Part shown: positions 32,310-50,314 of the stretch, one piece after another
How positions within the stretch are numbered: position 1 is the stretch's first letter
How the letters are laid out: the number at the start of each line of letters is the position of its first letter
NCBI RefSeq assembly: GCF_009914755.1
Contig: NC_060925.1
DNA from: the human T2T-CHM13v2.0 reference genome, Homo sapiens
Length of the DNA stretch: 64,000 nucleotides
Reading direction: 5' to 3' (one strand)
Notes under the pieces: model-generated
Database searches by the model: none
Told to the model about the DNA's origin: nothing
What the model saw: only the letters and a program-made list of their open reading frames with translations
Program-made: the position numbers and the translations under genes

Positions 32310-34176
32310 ATTTCTGCTTACTAAAGTTTTACTACTCTCCTTTGATAAATTTCGTATGAAGAAAAAAATTCCTCTAAGTAGGTAGTGAAGACACTTACCA
32401 TGTAGTTATTTTTCTGAACAACATATACAAATTTGTTTTAAAAGAAATTCAATTTTTATTTTTTAAGTTAGATTTTTCAAATACCATCTTATAGCAATTA
32501 TTAGGCATCTCTTTAAATGCAGGCAACCACAGCAATAAGAGAATTTTTTCCAATCCTGCATAGTCCCTTTAACCTCTCTCAATAAGTTACTAAATAATTA
32601 ATGAAAGCATGTTTGTCTTAAGTACTAAGCTAGGTGCTGGAGATACAATGGTGAACGTTTCGAAACCATTGTGCTTATAATTAATAAAGAAATACATCAA
32701 CTAAAAAATAAAAATAATAAATTTACAACCATGGATATAAAGGGCGTTATGGCCTACCAAACAGAGGAAACAGTATGTGAGAGGAAATTAAATAAGCTTG
32801 TCCTATTTAAGGAGCACAAAAAGGCTAGTGATATATATAATGGAGATATTAAGAAGGGGGACAATGCAAAATTAGGCTTGAAAGGTAGACATCAGCCAGA
32901 TTATACAAGATCTTTGAGTTAGTTAGGCAGTTTGGTGGTTTAGCAAATTATTTTTTTCTCTCTTGAATTGTATCTCTTTTCACATAATTTTTAAACCTGT
33001 AGAACTTTAAGCAAGGACACAGGGATGCAAAATGAGATGTATATACGTTTCCAAAAGATCACTTTTACTGCAATACGAAGAAATGATTCAAGGAATGTAA
33101 GAGTGAATGCACAGGAACCATTGAGGAGGCTATGGCAGTAGTTCAGATGAGAGATGATGAAATCTAAGCTAGTTGAGAAGAAGACAGTAAGGAGGGAAGT
33201 AAAGACAGAAATGGAAAGAAGTGAATGTCTTCAAAAAATATTCAAGAAGTAAAACCATTAAGTCCTGACTCCATTTAAAACACAGTGCTAGCCTCTCTTC
33301 CAAGCCAATACCTGCAAGGGTAAAACCATTTATAGACCTGGTTTTGTAAAATTTTTCCCGTATAAATCACCTAGAGTTTGTCTCCATAAAAGAAAAGGGG
33401 GAAGTGGAGGAGGAAGCAGTGCACTCACCACTTTAATTAAGTAGTAAACGTTTACTCTGGAAAGGAAGGAGATCCTCATTAGTATAGCAGTGGGTAAAAA
33501 AAAAAAAAAAAGAAAGGAAAGAGAATTGTTTGATATTTGGGTAATGCTACAAGGTCTGGTTATAAACAGGGCCCAGCAATAAAGCCGTCAGTGAAAGATG
33601 AAGAGGGCATCTAAAGTTGCATGAAGAGATGTTAACAAAAGAGAAAAAGTAATTTAGTCAAAATTACACGGCCATAAGTACTCTTGTGAAGGTAAATTAG
33701 AATAAAAGCTAAAAGCAAAACAATAAAGAAAGTATATAGGCTACCTTAAGTAATTGAGATAAAAGTGGAAAGGCGGCTTGTGTGGGTGCTATCAAGAACT
33801 GCTATTGGAATTTGCTGGGCTGTGTAAACAAATACTGGAGATTCATGTTTACCATAAAAGTGATGAGAAACATTGTTAAATTGACCAAGAGACAGACAAT
33901 CACCATCCTCACACTGAAATTCTCCAAAACATTTTTTAATAATGAGCTACAGAAACTGATTAGGGAAGGCAGAACTCTATTTGTGGCACAGACAGCTAGC
34001 TAGTTGTCCACCCAAATTGTTGTTATCCTTTCATAGTATAAAGTGGCTGCTGGGAACTAATGTCCAGCAAAACTAAATTTTCTCCAGGGTCCATTTTTTC
34101 TGACCTGTGCACACCCGCTGCACCCCCATATCTAGCAAACATGAATGTCAGTGGAATTACATGAGTTACTGTCAGG

Positions 34177-34990
34177 TGACAAAAATTCTGTCCTTCACCA
34201 AACCCAGCTCAGGTTCCTCTGAACTTTCTTGTCAACTAGGTCCTGACTTCTGGGTTGCCATGTTCATCTCTGCATTGTCCAATTTTAGCAAGAATCTTGT
34301 TCAGTTTAGCCGTAATCATCCATTCTCAGTATCTGATCACCATAAATATATCACCTCTACCATCCCTCAAGTGATGTCTAATCACCCTGGCCTGCCTTCA
34401 CCAAGAATCCTATTAGGTCAGTGCTATGGTTTTGACTATTTGACCCCTCCAAATCTCAAGTTGCAATTTGATCCTCAATGTTGGAAATGGGGCCTAATGG
34501 CAGGTGTCTGGGTCACAGGGGTGGATCCCTCATGAATAGACTGATGTGGGGGGTTGGGGGTGGTGAATGAGTTCTCACTCTATTCATTCCTGTGAGAGCT
34601 GGTTGTTAAAAAGAGACTGGCACCACCACCCCCTTGCTTCCTCCCTTGCCATGTGAGCTCTGCACACACCAGCTCCTGCTTTGCTTTCCATCATGTGTAA
34701 GCTTCTTGAAGTCCTCATCATAACCAGATGCTGGCATCATGCTTCTTGTACAACCTGCAGAACTATGAGCCAAATAAACCCCTTTTCCTATAAATCACCC
34801 TGCCTGAAGTATTCTTTTATAGCACACAAAACAAACCAAGGCAGTTTAACCAGAATCCCTTCTTAACCCTTACGTTTCCAGCTTAGTAATTTTCCATCCA
34901 CTAACCACTACACCCTGCTCCACAGCTATGAATTCCCACTTTTACTTGTATTCAGAGTTGAGCCCAATGTTTCTTTCCTACTGCTCTCTC
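34177..34990 (+). mobile_element. MER31/MER67-like ERV1 LTR with a nested MST LTR (34422-34843)
   Basis: Repeated 'tttagcaagaatc' motifs on both sides of a TGCTATGGTTTTG...CAAGGCA MaLR LTR. Confidence 0.7.
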
Positions 34991-35521
34991 TGTGGAGAAT
35001 TGAAAAATATTTGATAAAGGTTGACCACTACTTTAACATTAAGTATTTGACATTATTTTTCCTGAGAAAAAGCTAGAAGACCTACAGTTCTTCCTTTCAT
35101 TTCCTCATATACAAGGCAGGACACCTAGGAATGCAGGCAATCAATGAAAACATCCAAACAAGTAGATAAAATAGGTAAATGATTATAAATTGTTAGGCAT
35201 ATTAAAAACAAAACTTTTAAAATCTGTAATTGTGTCACTTCTAATTTATATCAATTTTGTTTCAGTAGTGAGTTGAAGTAATCTCCAACTAAGTAGTAAT
35301 GAAGACTCTAATAATTGTCCTGTGGATCCTAAAAAAGTTAAAATAATTTGTATTTGTTCAGACTTTTAAATATGAATTTTTCTAGTTGTGCAAGTAGCTA
35401 TTTCTAATAGGGTCAAATAATTTAAAGGAAGTGATTTCTATTTTGCTAAGGTAAAGAAATAACAACAGCATGTAACTGAATGCTTCAGGTTTCCCTTTTA
35501 ATATATATATTTATGTACTTA

Positions 35522-35788
<267 letters not shown>

Positions 35789-35854
35789 TCACAGATTTTC
35801 CTTTTAAAATTAATCAGAGAGAATAAAAAGAAAAAAAAAAACAAAATAGCTGTA

Positions 35855-35990
35855 GTTTTGTTTTTGCTTTTAAAAAATGGGGTCTCTCTATGTTGCACAG
35901 GCTGGACTCCAACTCCTGACCTCAAGTGATCCATTAGCCTCAGCCTCCCAGATAGCTGGGACTGTAGGCACATACCTGTGTGCCTGGCTC
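35855..35990 (-). mobile_element. FLAM / Alu monomer
   Basis: About 130-bp reverse Alu-like monomer. Confidence 0.75.
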
Positions 35991-37039
35991 ATGCTGTGGA
36001 TGTTGGAGAACCTTAAGGTTGTATTATGGAACTACTGATCCCTCCAGTGACTAAGCAAATCATTTGCCTTCCATGGGTCTCATATTTACAAACAGTTATA
36101 TAAAACACAAAATGTTTTTATGATTAGCATCAGAATCAGCACTAGTTATAGAATATAGATAAAATGGGCGTAGGCAAAAAACCCAAAAGCTTATTTGTGT
36201 CACTCTCATATCATTTTATTTCAAATTACAACTTGGCTCAGTAAGACATAGTAGCCAATTACACAGGGGGAAAAGCCCACCTTACCATATTTATCAGTCA
36301 AGAACTAGCTAAATCAAATTTTCCACTGCAGAAATATTGCCAGACAATTCAACAGTGTAGAAAGCAATACAAGAGATATGCTTGTAAAGACATGTTTCTG
36401 AAGAGTTTGGTCATGAAATGAACTTCTTTAAGTTGAATTATCTTCCTGATTTCTATTTTTGACCTAAGCAAATAATAAACATACAGAAGAATGCAAATAT
36501 TTAAAACAATCACACTTGATGGAAAAATATTATGTGAGTAAACCATTAATAAAAATTTGGTTCAAAATAAACAGGGATATGAAATACTTCAGTAGCAACT
36601 CTATCCCTTTAGCATTAGAATGTTGCTCAAAAATCAAAACATGGTTCCATCTTTATTCTCAAACATCTAAACTGTTTATCCCAAAGGAATTTAGTTAGGA
36701 TTAGCGGTGGTCAGCTGCATCCACAACTCTTTGTTCCTTACTGGTTGCTTAAGAAGTCCACTACAGTCCTCAAGGAATATCTGGTTAGACTTAACAACTT
36801 CCATTTGAATGAATAGTAGAATAATCCGACACATATTTTTTTAAAGGTTTATTCCCATAAGTCCGCATTTCTAGAAAAGTGTTTTTCTTTTAAAAGGAGC
36901 ATAATTATGATCAATTATTTAGTGATAACATACTCTCAAGTATAACTAGAAAGTAAAACAAGTAACACTCCAGTGTTGAAAGAAGAAAATACTGTAGCAA
37001 TTTGGCTATTATCATGTTAAAATCACTTTCATTACTTAC

Positions 37040-37107
37040 ATAAAACTGCCGCAATATTTAGCATTGCCCCAAATAAGCATTTTTCTGGAGCTACTGTACC
37101 AGTGTCA
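37040..37107 (-). CDS. DRAM2: DRAM2 coding exon 2 ([22 protein letters not shown])
   Basis: TTTCAG|TG acceptor, TAT|GTAAGT donor, 68 nt; completes the family motif PYISDTG. Confidence 0.96.
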
Positions 37108-38933
37108 CTGAAAGAAAAAAAGGAAGGTATGTGGATTTCTCATACTAGATAAACACATATATTTCTTCTAAGGGATAAGAATATCAGGAGTTAATTCAAA
37201 CCTCTTATCTTTTATAAATCCATGAGTTCAACTCATATCATTTTATACAGAGAACATGACAATTTGAGTTCACAAATATCTGCCTACTTCACCTTTTACT
37301 CACATCATTTTAAGATTATTTCTCTTCCACATAGTAGAAATCAATATATATTGATTTTTAAAAAGCTGTCCTTGGTATGTTAAGACTATGTTATTGACCT
37401 ACCATCATTCAGGCAGATGGATTTATCTGTCCCACCAGAATATTCCCTAAACACCACAGGCTTTTCACAACTGCCTTTTTGCACCTTTTGTTGACTATGT
37501 CTGTATTCAATTAACGCCTATTCACCTACTGATCAATTTTTAAAAGTATTATCAAGCACTTACCATGTGCCAGACACCATTTCAGAAACGGGAACACAGT
37601 GATAAGTAAAATAGACAAAGCCCCTGCCCTCGCGGAGCTTACATTCAAGACAGTTTTGAGTCTCTTCCTCTCTATAACCTTGGATAACTCCTCTAGCAGA
37701 TAGTGACTCACATAGCATGCTTTCTGAACTTCTATAAACTCACTTACCACACAGCATTGCAATGTATCCACCTGCATGCCTGTCTTTCAGGGCAGTATGC
37801 AACACACCGGGGCAGATTAAAACCCCACCATTTACTTACTGCAGGACCTTAGGTTCATCCTTTTATCTCCCTAAAACTGTTCCCTTAATTTGCAAAATGG
37901 AGCTATTCATTCCCTCCCAGCTCATCATATCACTGTAAGGATGAAATGTAATGGTAATGCATGTTAAGTATCTAGCACAGTAGCAGGCTAATGGGAGATA
38001 CCCATTAAATATTAGTTCTTTCCCCTTCTTAAAACTACTACAAAGATTAAAAAGACAGTGTCTTTGGCCTTGAATTGACATACTACAGGAAAGAGATAAT
38101 TAGGGTCTCAACTAAGACAATGCATGGGGATAAAAAAGAAGTAGAAAGTTATAGCTGGTAAGAATCCATAACATATAGTAAACATTTAGATTAGGGGTGT
38201 TAGGAAATGGAAAGTATTAAACATGAATTGTAAGGATTGCTCCTTCTAACTTTCCAATTCCATGAGTCTTTCTCTTAAAAAAAAAAAATCTGCAGTGAAA
38301 ATAGAGAAACAAAAAATAATGTATTTGTAAAGAAACAATTATAAAATAATAAATTTATCTTTTACATACAAAAGATTTTGGTACTCTTTGACCATCTTCA
38401 GGAGGAGGGAATAAAGGGTTTTTTGTTCCTGCTACTTTTCAAATTTTCCACAATGTATATGTATTATTCTTAGAAAAATCCATAATTTTCATAGCTATAC
38501 TTCAAATGATACATGTAAGTTAACAAAGGCATGCATTTCCAAGATGGTTGGCTAAGAGTGTTCCTTCCTTTGGCTCAGGAGAGAATGACATACACTGGCC
38601 TACAAATGAAAACAGCCATGCCCATCACCTCATTATCATAGCACTTCATCTCAGTGGTCACAGCATCACCAAAAAATATCTGATCATCTAACATCAAAAT
38701 ATATGTTATCATTATTCTGTACGTTAAATATTGGCAAAGTTTAAATGTTTTTAGATTAAAAATATACATAGATGTTGTAATATTTCTTCTCTTACCCTAG
38801 TGGCTAGTCACTCCCTTGGGCATCCACTACTTGAACCAACTAAGAGAACACCTGAAGCACACTTATAGCAAAATTGTCTTTGAAGTGAAATTTACATTTG
38901 GTTATGTCCACTGGGGCTGTTAACAGCTAAACC

Positions 38934-38996
38934 ATTTTCTTCGTTTCTTTTTTTTTTTTTTTTTTTTTTGACAGAGTCTCGCTCTGTTGCCCAGGC
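38934..38996 (-). mobile_element. Extremely 5'-truncated Alu insertion
   Basis: About 27 bp of Alu 3' end plus a T tract, flanked by the TSD TAACAGCTAAACC (38921-38933 and 38997-39009). Confidence 0.85.
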
Positions 38997-39308
38997 TAAC
39001 AGCTAAACCTTTTGGATAGGATCTAGGAACTGAAAAGAATTTTGCAGACTTGCTAGTTTAACTTAATCATTTTGCAGATGAAGGAAATGAGCCTACAAGA
39101 AATAAAAATAAGTACTAGAGTTTAAATATGTATGTCAGAATGTTGGAGAAAGACCTCAGGGTAATACTAAGTTCATTAGCAGAAAAATCAAAAAGCAGAA
39201 GAGGCAGAACAGAAAAGGAAGTGTCTAGGGTGCTTTTTAAAGAAAATCACATGCAGTACCACCAAGGAAGTGAAACTCAGAAAAAGAACTAAGTGGCCTC
39301 TTATATTA

Positions 39309-39630
39309 CAGTAGTCCCTCGGTATCTGTGGGGGACTGGTTCCAGGACCTCCATCAGATAACAAAACCTGGGGATGCCCAAGTCTCTTAACATAAAATGG
39401 TGTAGTATTTGCATATAACCTATGCACATTTTCCAATATGCTTTAAATCATCTCTAGATTACTTATAATATCTAATACACATCACTTCATTCCTGTGGAT
39501 TCAACGAAGTACTTGGCACCTGGCAAACTCAAGTTTTGGAACTTGATGGAATTTCTTTCCCCAGAACATTTTCAATCTGTGGTTGATTGGATGTATAGAA
39601 GTGGAACCCATGAATATAGGGGGCTGGCTG
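39309..39630. mobile_element. MER2-like TcMar-Tigger element
   Basis: TA|CAGTAGTCCCTCGGTATC ... GGGGCTGGCTG|TA. Confidence 0.85.
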
Positions 39631-40867
39631 TATTAAAAGTTTTTCAAAACGAAAGCAGACAAGTTCTCAGATGGAGAAAAAAAATACTGTGAAAGACCCT
39701 CATGAATCTTAAATATGTACCTTCCGGAGTTACTAAAGAATGGTGTGGCTCCTTAGGCTACATATTCCACTAGCAGAGTGGTAATTATTTATCAAATTAT
39801 TTCTCGAATTGGAACCTTAAATTCTAAAACATTTTTGGGTTCTGTAAATCTTCCCAAACTGCATCCAATTTGTTTATATCTTTTGTGCCACGCCATACCA
39901 CTGTGGAAACAACATGTAGATAGTAATGCCCAGATCTTTTCTTGACATTTTTAAAAGATAAATTTAATCTTCCAATTTATCATTCTTTAAAAGATTACTA
40001 TTTTCTGTGTTGGAAAGGTTATTTTTCTGAAGGTAAACAAATGAATAAATGAAACAACCACAACAGCAACAAAACAAAAAATATTACTCAACAATAGCAA
40101 CAAAATTTGGCATCTCTGTGAAGAGACAGATGTTTCAAAAGCATCATATAGAGGCTGAATACTTTCAGGGGTGGACCTAACTATATTCCAGGTGAAATCA
40201 TCTAGATTAAAACACTAGTAGTTGCTTAATCATATTTAATAATAACGTTTTAATAATTATGTTTCCTTCATCTCCCTGCCCTATGTAATTTATTTAACTT
40301 TTATAGAGAAGTTTAAGTCTCAATAGCTCAGAAACCATTCATATAATTATGATTTCCTCATATCCTTTTTGTGAATGCATAAACTGATGCAACAATTCTA
40401 AAGATACATTTGGAAATGTCAAATGAAAAATGTAGATGCCCTATTACCTATCTAGCAATCTCACTTCTAGAAATCTACCTCATATCAACATCAGTATGTA
40501 AAGTTGTATGTAATGAAACCTTCATTATAGTACTGTTTGTAACAGCCAAAAAAAAGGGAAGGAAGAATAAGTAAGCAATTTCTTTATCAACATCCTATCA
40601 CTTTTTATAAATGAAACAAAATAAAAAACCCAAAAAAGTGAGAAAGAACGAGAAAAAAAGAGAAAGAGTTTTGTACATACATGATAACAAGATAAACCAA
40701 ACTCTGGAAGGAAATCTACCAAACTATGAATTGTCTCTAGGGTGTAGAAACTGGAAGGTGTCAGGAAGGGATTTTTGCTTTTCATTTTTATAATCACTCT
40801 AGTATTGTTTAAAATTTGTTGTAATAATTACGTTTTGCTATTGCAATTTTAAAAAAAGAGGGTTATT

Positions 40868-40903
40868 ATAGCTTCTTGGCCTTTTGGGCTAAGATCAAGT
40901 GTA
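40868..40903 (+). pseudogene. 3'-truncated U2 snRNA retropseudogene (about nt 1-35)
   Basis: ATAGCTTCTTGGCCTTTTGGGCTAAGATCAAGTGTA versus U2 ATCGCTTCTCGGCCTTTTGGCTAAGATCAAGTGTA; TSD AAAAAAGAGGGTTAT at 40852-40866 and 40904-40918. Confidence 0.93.
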
Positions 40904-41237
40904 AAAAAAGAGGGTTATGAACATAGTATATGCAACTGACTACCCATTCTTCATTCGTTGTGAGATTTCAAAAATGTTATCAATAAATTTTGATACTTAA
41001 TACGTCAAAAATATCTAGGCAGCATAAAAAGTAAGAGCCTAGCTTCTAGAGTCAAACTGTCCAGGTTTAATTCTTGGTTCCAACACTGAGTTATTTGCCC
41101 ATGAGCAAATAACTTGACCTCCCTGGACCTCATTTCCTTCTCTCTCAAATGAGGATCATAGTTTCTACCTTATCCAGTTGTTGTAAGGATTCAACTATTT
41201 AGGACATGAAGAATGCTTAGTAAATTACTTTCTACGA

Positions 41238-41837
<600 letters not shown>

Positions 41838-42236
41838 GAAAATTACTTCGTACGCAGTAAGCATATTAAGACATGTTTGTCATTTCCATTATCTTTTCAT
41901 ATCATTATTATTGTTTGTAGCATTTATTTTTTAATTTTAAGCGGCGAATAATTCCAATTCTATATTCTGAAACAACTTCAAATACTTACTTAGAAAACAA
42001 GGCACTAAAGAGTCACAGTTCAAGAACCAGTTCACAAACTGAATCTTATTGGGCTGTCTCTACATTTCTCTATCACAAAGAAAAAGCCAAATTCAAGTTC
42101 CTTTTTATATTCCCTTTATTGTTGTAATGCCAATGTAAAATCTGATTTTTAAAAGGTTGACATTAAATGTTGACTTCAATGTTAAAATAAGAATGAGACA
42201 TAAAGAGTCTCCTATACAAAGAATACATTTCACTTA

Positions 42237-42401
<165 letters not shown>

Positions 42402-42744
42402 TTAGAAAAGATAATTCACAAGAGTTTCCTCATCCTACTTTAGCCATCCATGCCCACAGCCTTGTACTTACCACCCCAAGCTGTTTCACCTCTGAAATCA
42501 TCCCTCATGCCATACCCCAATACTCGCTCTCCTTCCCTTTCTTAGTGAGCGCAACCAAGATTCACCCACGTGACAGAGCTAGAAACTTGCTTTCTTGTCC
42601 CATCTTCCCATGGAAAGTACCAAGTACTGTTTATACTACCTCCCAAATTTATTTCAAATCTACCCTTTTTCTCCATCTTCACTGTCACTACTTTACCCAA
42701 ACCACCATCATCTCTTGGTCAATTATAACTTCCTAAGGGGTACC

Positions 42745-43865
<1,121 letters not shown>

Positions 43866-43877
43866 TAATCCTTCTAA

Positions 43878-44352
<475 letters not shown>

Positions 44353-47098
44353 TAGCTATCATTATCTCATCATTACAAAAGCAAACACCTAGCATTTACT
44401 ATGCCTTAGCAGTGTTTACTAAACACCTTAAATACATGAAATAATGTACTTTCCTCAACAGAATTAGAGGTTAAGACAATTGCCCAAGGTCATAGAGCTG
44501 GATGTGGTGGAGATACGATTCAAACTCAAGCAATTTGATTCTAGTGCCCAATCAACTATGCCACAGTGCCAGAGCATATTTCTTATAGATCTTCAAATGT
44601 GTCATGCTCTCTAGCACACCTTCAGACATTCATGGTGACTAGAACACTACCTACCCAGTTAACTTTTATGTTTTTCAAGGCTCAATCTTTCCAGCTTCAG
44701 CTGAGTGTCCCTGCTTTGTTTTTAACAGCACCCTTTACTTCCCCAACCAGGGCACTCATTACATTTAACTTGCTTGTTTGGTTTTCTCATCCTCACTAAA
44801 CTTTAAGTTCTGTGAGAACAGGAAACAACTGTTCTGTTCACTATTATATTTCCAGCTCCTACATTGGGGCAGCAGGAGCAGGGGCGGAGACAGAGGGCCT
44901 AAATACACTCATACCCCACATCACCACTTTCTTCCTTGAATTCCAGATTAAGGATGTTGTTAAGTAATAATGAGTCAATAATGTGAATTAAGAAACATTG
45001 GTACAAATTCATGCTTTTAATTTTTTTAATTTTTAAAAATATAAGAATACTTTTAAATTAGAATACTCCTATGAATGTGAGAATAATTTCATGTTTGAAG
45101 GAGTATCTTCTCATATTTTTTTGATGACCTAAAGAAATTTAGTGTTTTCCATGAACTTTGTGAATACTTACAGCTTCCTCATCTGAGACTGACTTTCCAA
45201 AGAATGAAATCTCAGCCATTTTTTATTGGTATTTGTCATTTACTCTGGCCATCTGATTTGTTGCTAAATATACACATTTGCATTTCATAATCTTCTCTTT
45301 TCTCTTCCTTTTTCCTTGTCAGTCCTTAACATCCCATCAATATCTTTTTTCTTCATCTATTCAGTTAATCATGACAAGTCCTTGCCAAATCCTATTGGTG
45401 CTTTCCCCAGCATAGGTTTCCAGGACAAGAGTTCTTAATTTACATAATTTTGAATCATTTCTAAGATCTTTAATTTTTTCATTTTTCATCTCTTTAAATG
45501 TTAATTTGTTTCTGATCATTCCTATAAGTCCTTAGGAGTCTATGTCAGTTTAGCTGTCCCTTACACATATGTTTTACAGTTTTTGACTCTGAGCCTATAT
45601 TGGACAATCTTAAAATCTGGGAGTATTTTAAAAGGCTTAACTAAGGGTGAGTCATTACAGAGAGGATCCGTATTTGTTTTTTCCAGACAGTATGGCACAT
45701 TACCAACCCGGGCCAACTTTATGTTAATTTCTTGGCTTCTGGTTTTTTAGATCATGTAGATATGTAAATTTGAACCTTGAATGAGTGATGGCAGACCCTC
45801 CAGTTTCAAGTTTTCAGGTGGTATCTTTATTCCCCCACCTGGAGCTGTGATGAAAAGGAACAAATTTCTCTGTGATCTCCCTTTGCCAGGAGGGAGACAT
45901 TTTTCTGGCCCACCTATGACTGACTGTGTAGACTTTTGTGGGTCCTGGCTGAATGTGGGGCAAGGTGCTTCTCCAATACCATGAGTTGTACAATTTCAAG
46001 TGGAAATACTTAAACTTTATTCTATGAAAACATCACCCCCTGAAACACAGGTACCATTTACCTCAACTACCATGGAATGGCACCCATTGACATTGAAGCA
46101 TGTGCCTGGGAGGTTACAGGGATATGAATTCTATCTCTCTGCTTTGGGTAGAGAGCAGCCTGTCACCTGTCCCTGATTGTGCTCTACTTCTGCTATCAGC
46201 CAAATGCCCCCAAAGGAAACACACTGCTAGTATACTACTCTAGTTTCAGCTTTTTTATTGTTGTTGTTTAACTTTTTAGCCCTGGAGATTTCCCTGTCTT
46301 TCGTAGAAGACCTGTCATGAATTTAATGAGCTAATGTAATTTATTCAGCATTTAGGTGTATTGGTAAAAGAGATTTTCAAATATTTTGTCCACCTCATTG
46401 CTAGTAGCAAAACCTCCTCCCCCTTTGTTTTACATGTCTAAATCCTTCTTTTTCTTCAAAAGCTCAAATGCTATCTTCCACAGATAACTTTACCTAAGCC
46501 CTTTGTATGTAGAAATAAGCACCCCTTTCTCTGAGAACACTTGACTTTCACATCTTTTAGAGCTCATTGTCTCTACAGTATGAAAATTGAGGACGGTGTC
46601 TTTAGGGAATAAGATCCTTCCACTTCTCTACCTAAGCATAGCAGAGGACCTTACCCATAGTAATCACTCAATTATTTGTTGAATGAACAGCCAAAGCAAA
46701 ATCCTTTTATTTCCCAAAACTATTCATGATTTTTCTATTTCAGTAAACAACATTACCATTTTTTTCAGGTTATGAGGATTCTAAGACTTCAGAGGAATCT
46801 TAGGTTCTCTCTTATAAAGTCCTCACATGCTGTCACCAAGTGATGGCAATTCTATTTCTACAAGTCATTTAAACCATTCTTCTTCCCAGTTCACACTGTA
46901 ACCATGTGATTCTGACTTTCAATTCTCTTGGCCTATCTGCTTTTCCTTCCCCTTCACCCATTCCACCTGCATTACCTAATTAACATTCCTAAAGTATTCC
47001 TCTGCTCAAAACTTTTTTTTTAATAAAATTGTGTGAACTTCAGCAAGCTTCATAACTTCTCTGAACCAGTTTCTCCTTTGAAAAATGGAATAATGTGA

Positions 47099-48126
<1,028 letters not shown>

Positions 48127-48336
48127 AGTAGTCTTTGTACAGCTTATACTGATAGCACAAGCAAAGAACCTAACAGATTGCTGGTGCATAATAAATGGTA
48201 GCTTTTAGTATTATCTGTTAAATAGTATAAAATAATACCCATTTCATAGAGGTTTATTCAAGGATTAAATAAGATACTTATTTTCAGAGATGATCAGTAT
48301 GTACTTGTTCCTCTTATAATGTGAAAAATGAATTAC

Positions 48337-48400
48337 CTGTTTTACAACTTCACAAAATGTTAGTCTTCAGACCTGCTCATACCTGCACCTTTTGTAAATC
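48337..48400 (-). other. DRAM2: DRAM2 non-coding 5'UTR exon (64 nt)
   Basis: Acceptor TTTCTTTGTGTCGGTTTTAG|GA and donor CAG|GTAATT; matches my recollection of the DRAM2 mRNA leader. Confidence 0.8.
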
Positions 48401-49304
48401 CTAAAACCGACACAAAGAAAATAAGAAGTTTTTCTCTCAATCCACACAATTTTAAACATGTACAGTTTTAAGTCAACACGCCAATATTGTTCATGGGCAG
48501 AATACTAGGCTACAGCATTGTTAACAGGTTATTTTTCTTTGATGAGTTGACACTTGAGTTTTTTACAATGATGTTGTACCATCTGGAATTAAATAATGTT
48601 TTAATTCCAGGATATAAATTTTCATATGCATTCTCACATCCAACACCTTCACTATCTTAAAGAGGAAAAAAGAAATATCATTGCGTCTTCTCCTATAGAG
48701 AGACATGAGGAAAAAAATAATAGATTATTAAGCAAAATAAAGCAATTGCAAGTCCATGTGATGTAAAGAACACAGCTGTGAGATGAGATATCTCTAAACA
48801 CAAGTCCTACCTTTACTACTACCCAACTCTATGATTTCAGGCAATTTACTTAGCTTCTGAGTTACAGTACTCAAACAGTTGTTCCTTGGAGTGGAGTAGA
48901 ATAAGCATACAATATAATAATGATAGCTGATTTATTAATTATGTAGTCATAAGGCCACAGGTATGGAGTACAACTTTATGTATGATTTTTTTCTATGTAC
49001 GAATTATCTTGGATTCGTATCTCCTTAGGCTTTGAGAGTCCCAGTTGTTTAAACTGACAGTTTATAGAAGCAGGGCTTGAAATGGTTTACCAGTTTGCGA
49101 ATGACAACTGAGGAATTTAAATGCATGGACTAGGTGAGGAAGACTAATTGTCAATGTGTTTTTGCCTTTGAAACCTGAAAGCATTGCTGAGTAATTGCCA
49201 AACCAACAAAATTAGAATTTCAATGATTCATAATTCAAAAAGCCTTTCAAAATAATTGAGAGTATGCAGGAATAAATTTCACAGGGCAGTAAGAATGTTT
49301 ATAA

Positions 49305-49614
<310 letters not shown>

Positions 49615-50314
49615 GTCTTGCATCTCTAACCTAACCTATCTTCTCTGCTCTCTTTGAAGTTCTATGAATCAAAACTGTGATTACAATTTTTTAACAAATA
49701 TTTAAATACCCGTGGTAATAAAATGAATTCCTCATGCTGTCTTCGCCAAGTGGTGAATGCTAAGAAATAAGAAAGGAAATTCTGGAAGTTCCAAGTGAAC
49801 GGTCAGAAAGCCCTAAGCTGCTTTTAGAGATGCACAGAACCATCAGGCTCAAATCAAAATATAATTTAAAAATACTTACTTTTCTAAACTCTAACTTGGC
49901 CTCCTGACAAACATAATATTCTCCTAATGGTTAAATCCTAAAGAGTCTAGAAAATTAAGTTTTTTTATAAGCTGCATCAAATGTTACATTAAGAGAAATG
50001 AGGACAATCCGATAATGCAATGCAAAATACAGAGTTGCATTTGGTTACTGATTTATAAATTAAAATTTGGGAGAACTGGAAAGATTATTTCTACAGTGTT
50101 TTGTGTTTTTCAGATGTATCCTACTTGAAAGCACGGTTGTGAAGATACCCAGGACCAGCAATTTCCTTTCTGTGTGGGACCCACCCGCTGCGATAGAATT
50201 GAGTGCAGAAGACTGAGCTTCGTGTAAACACAAGGTCACCAGGGATCGTAATTTCAAACTCTCCCCTCCCCCTCGCTCCCTCCAGCCACCAAAGTATCTG
50301 AACCCAGAACTCAC

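Noticed and set aside
37738-37752. Strong donor-like GTG|GTAAGTGAGT on the minus strand
   Set aside because: Sits in old MIR/L2-like sequence; I could not define a convincing matching acceptor by eye.
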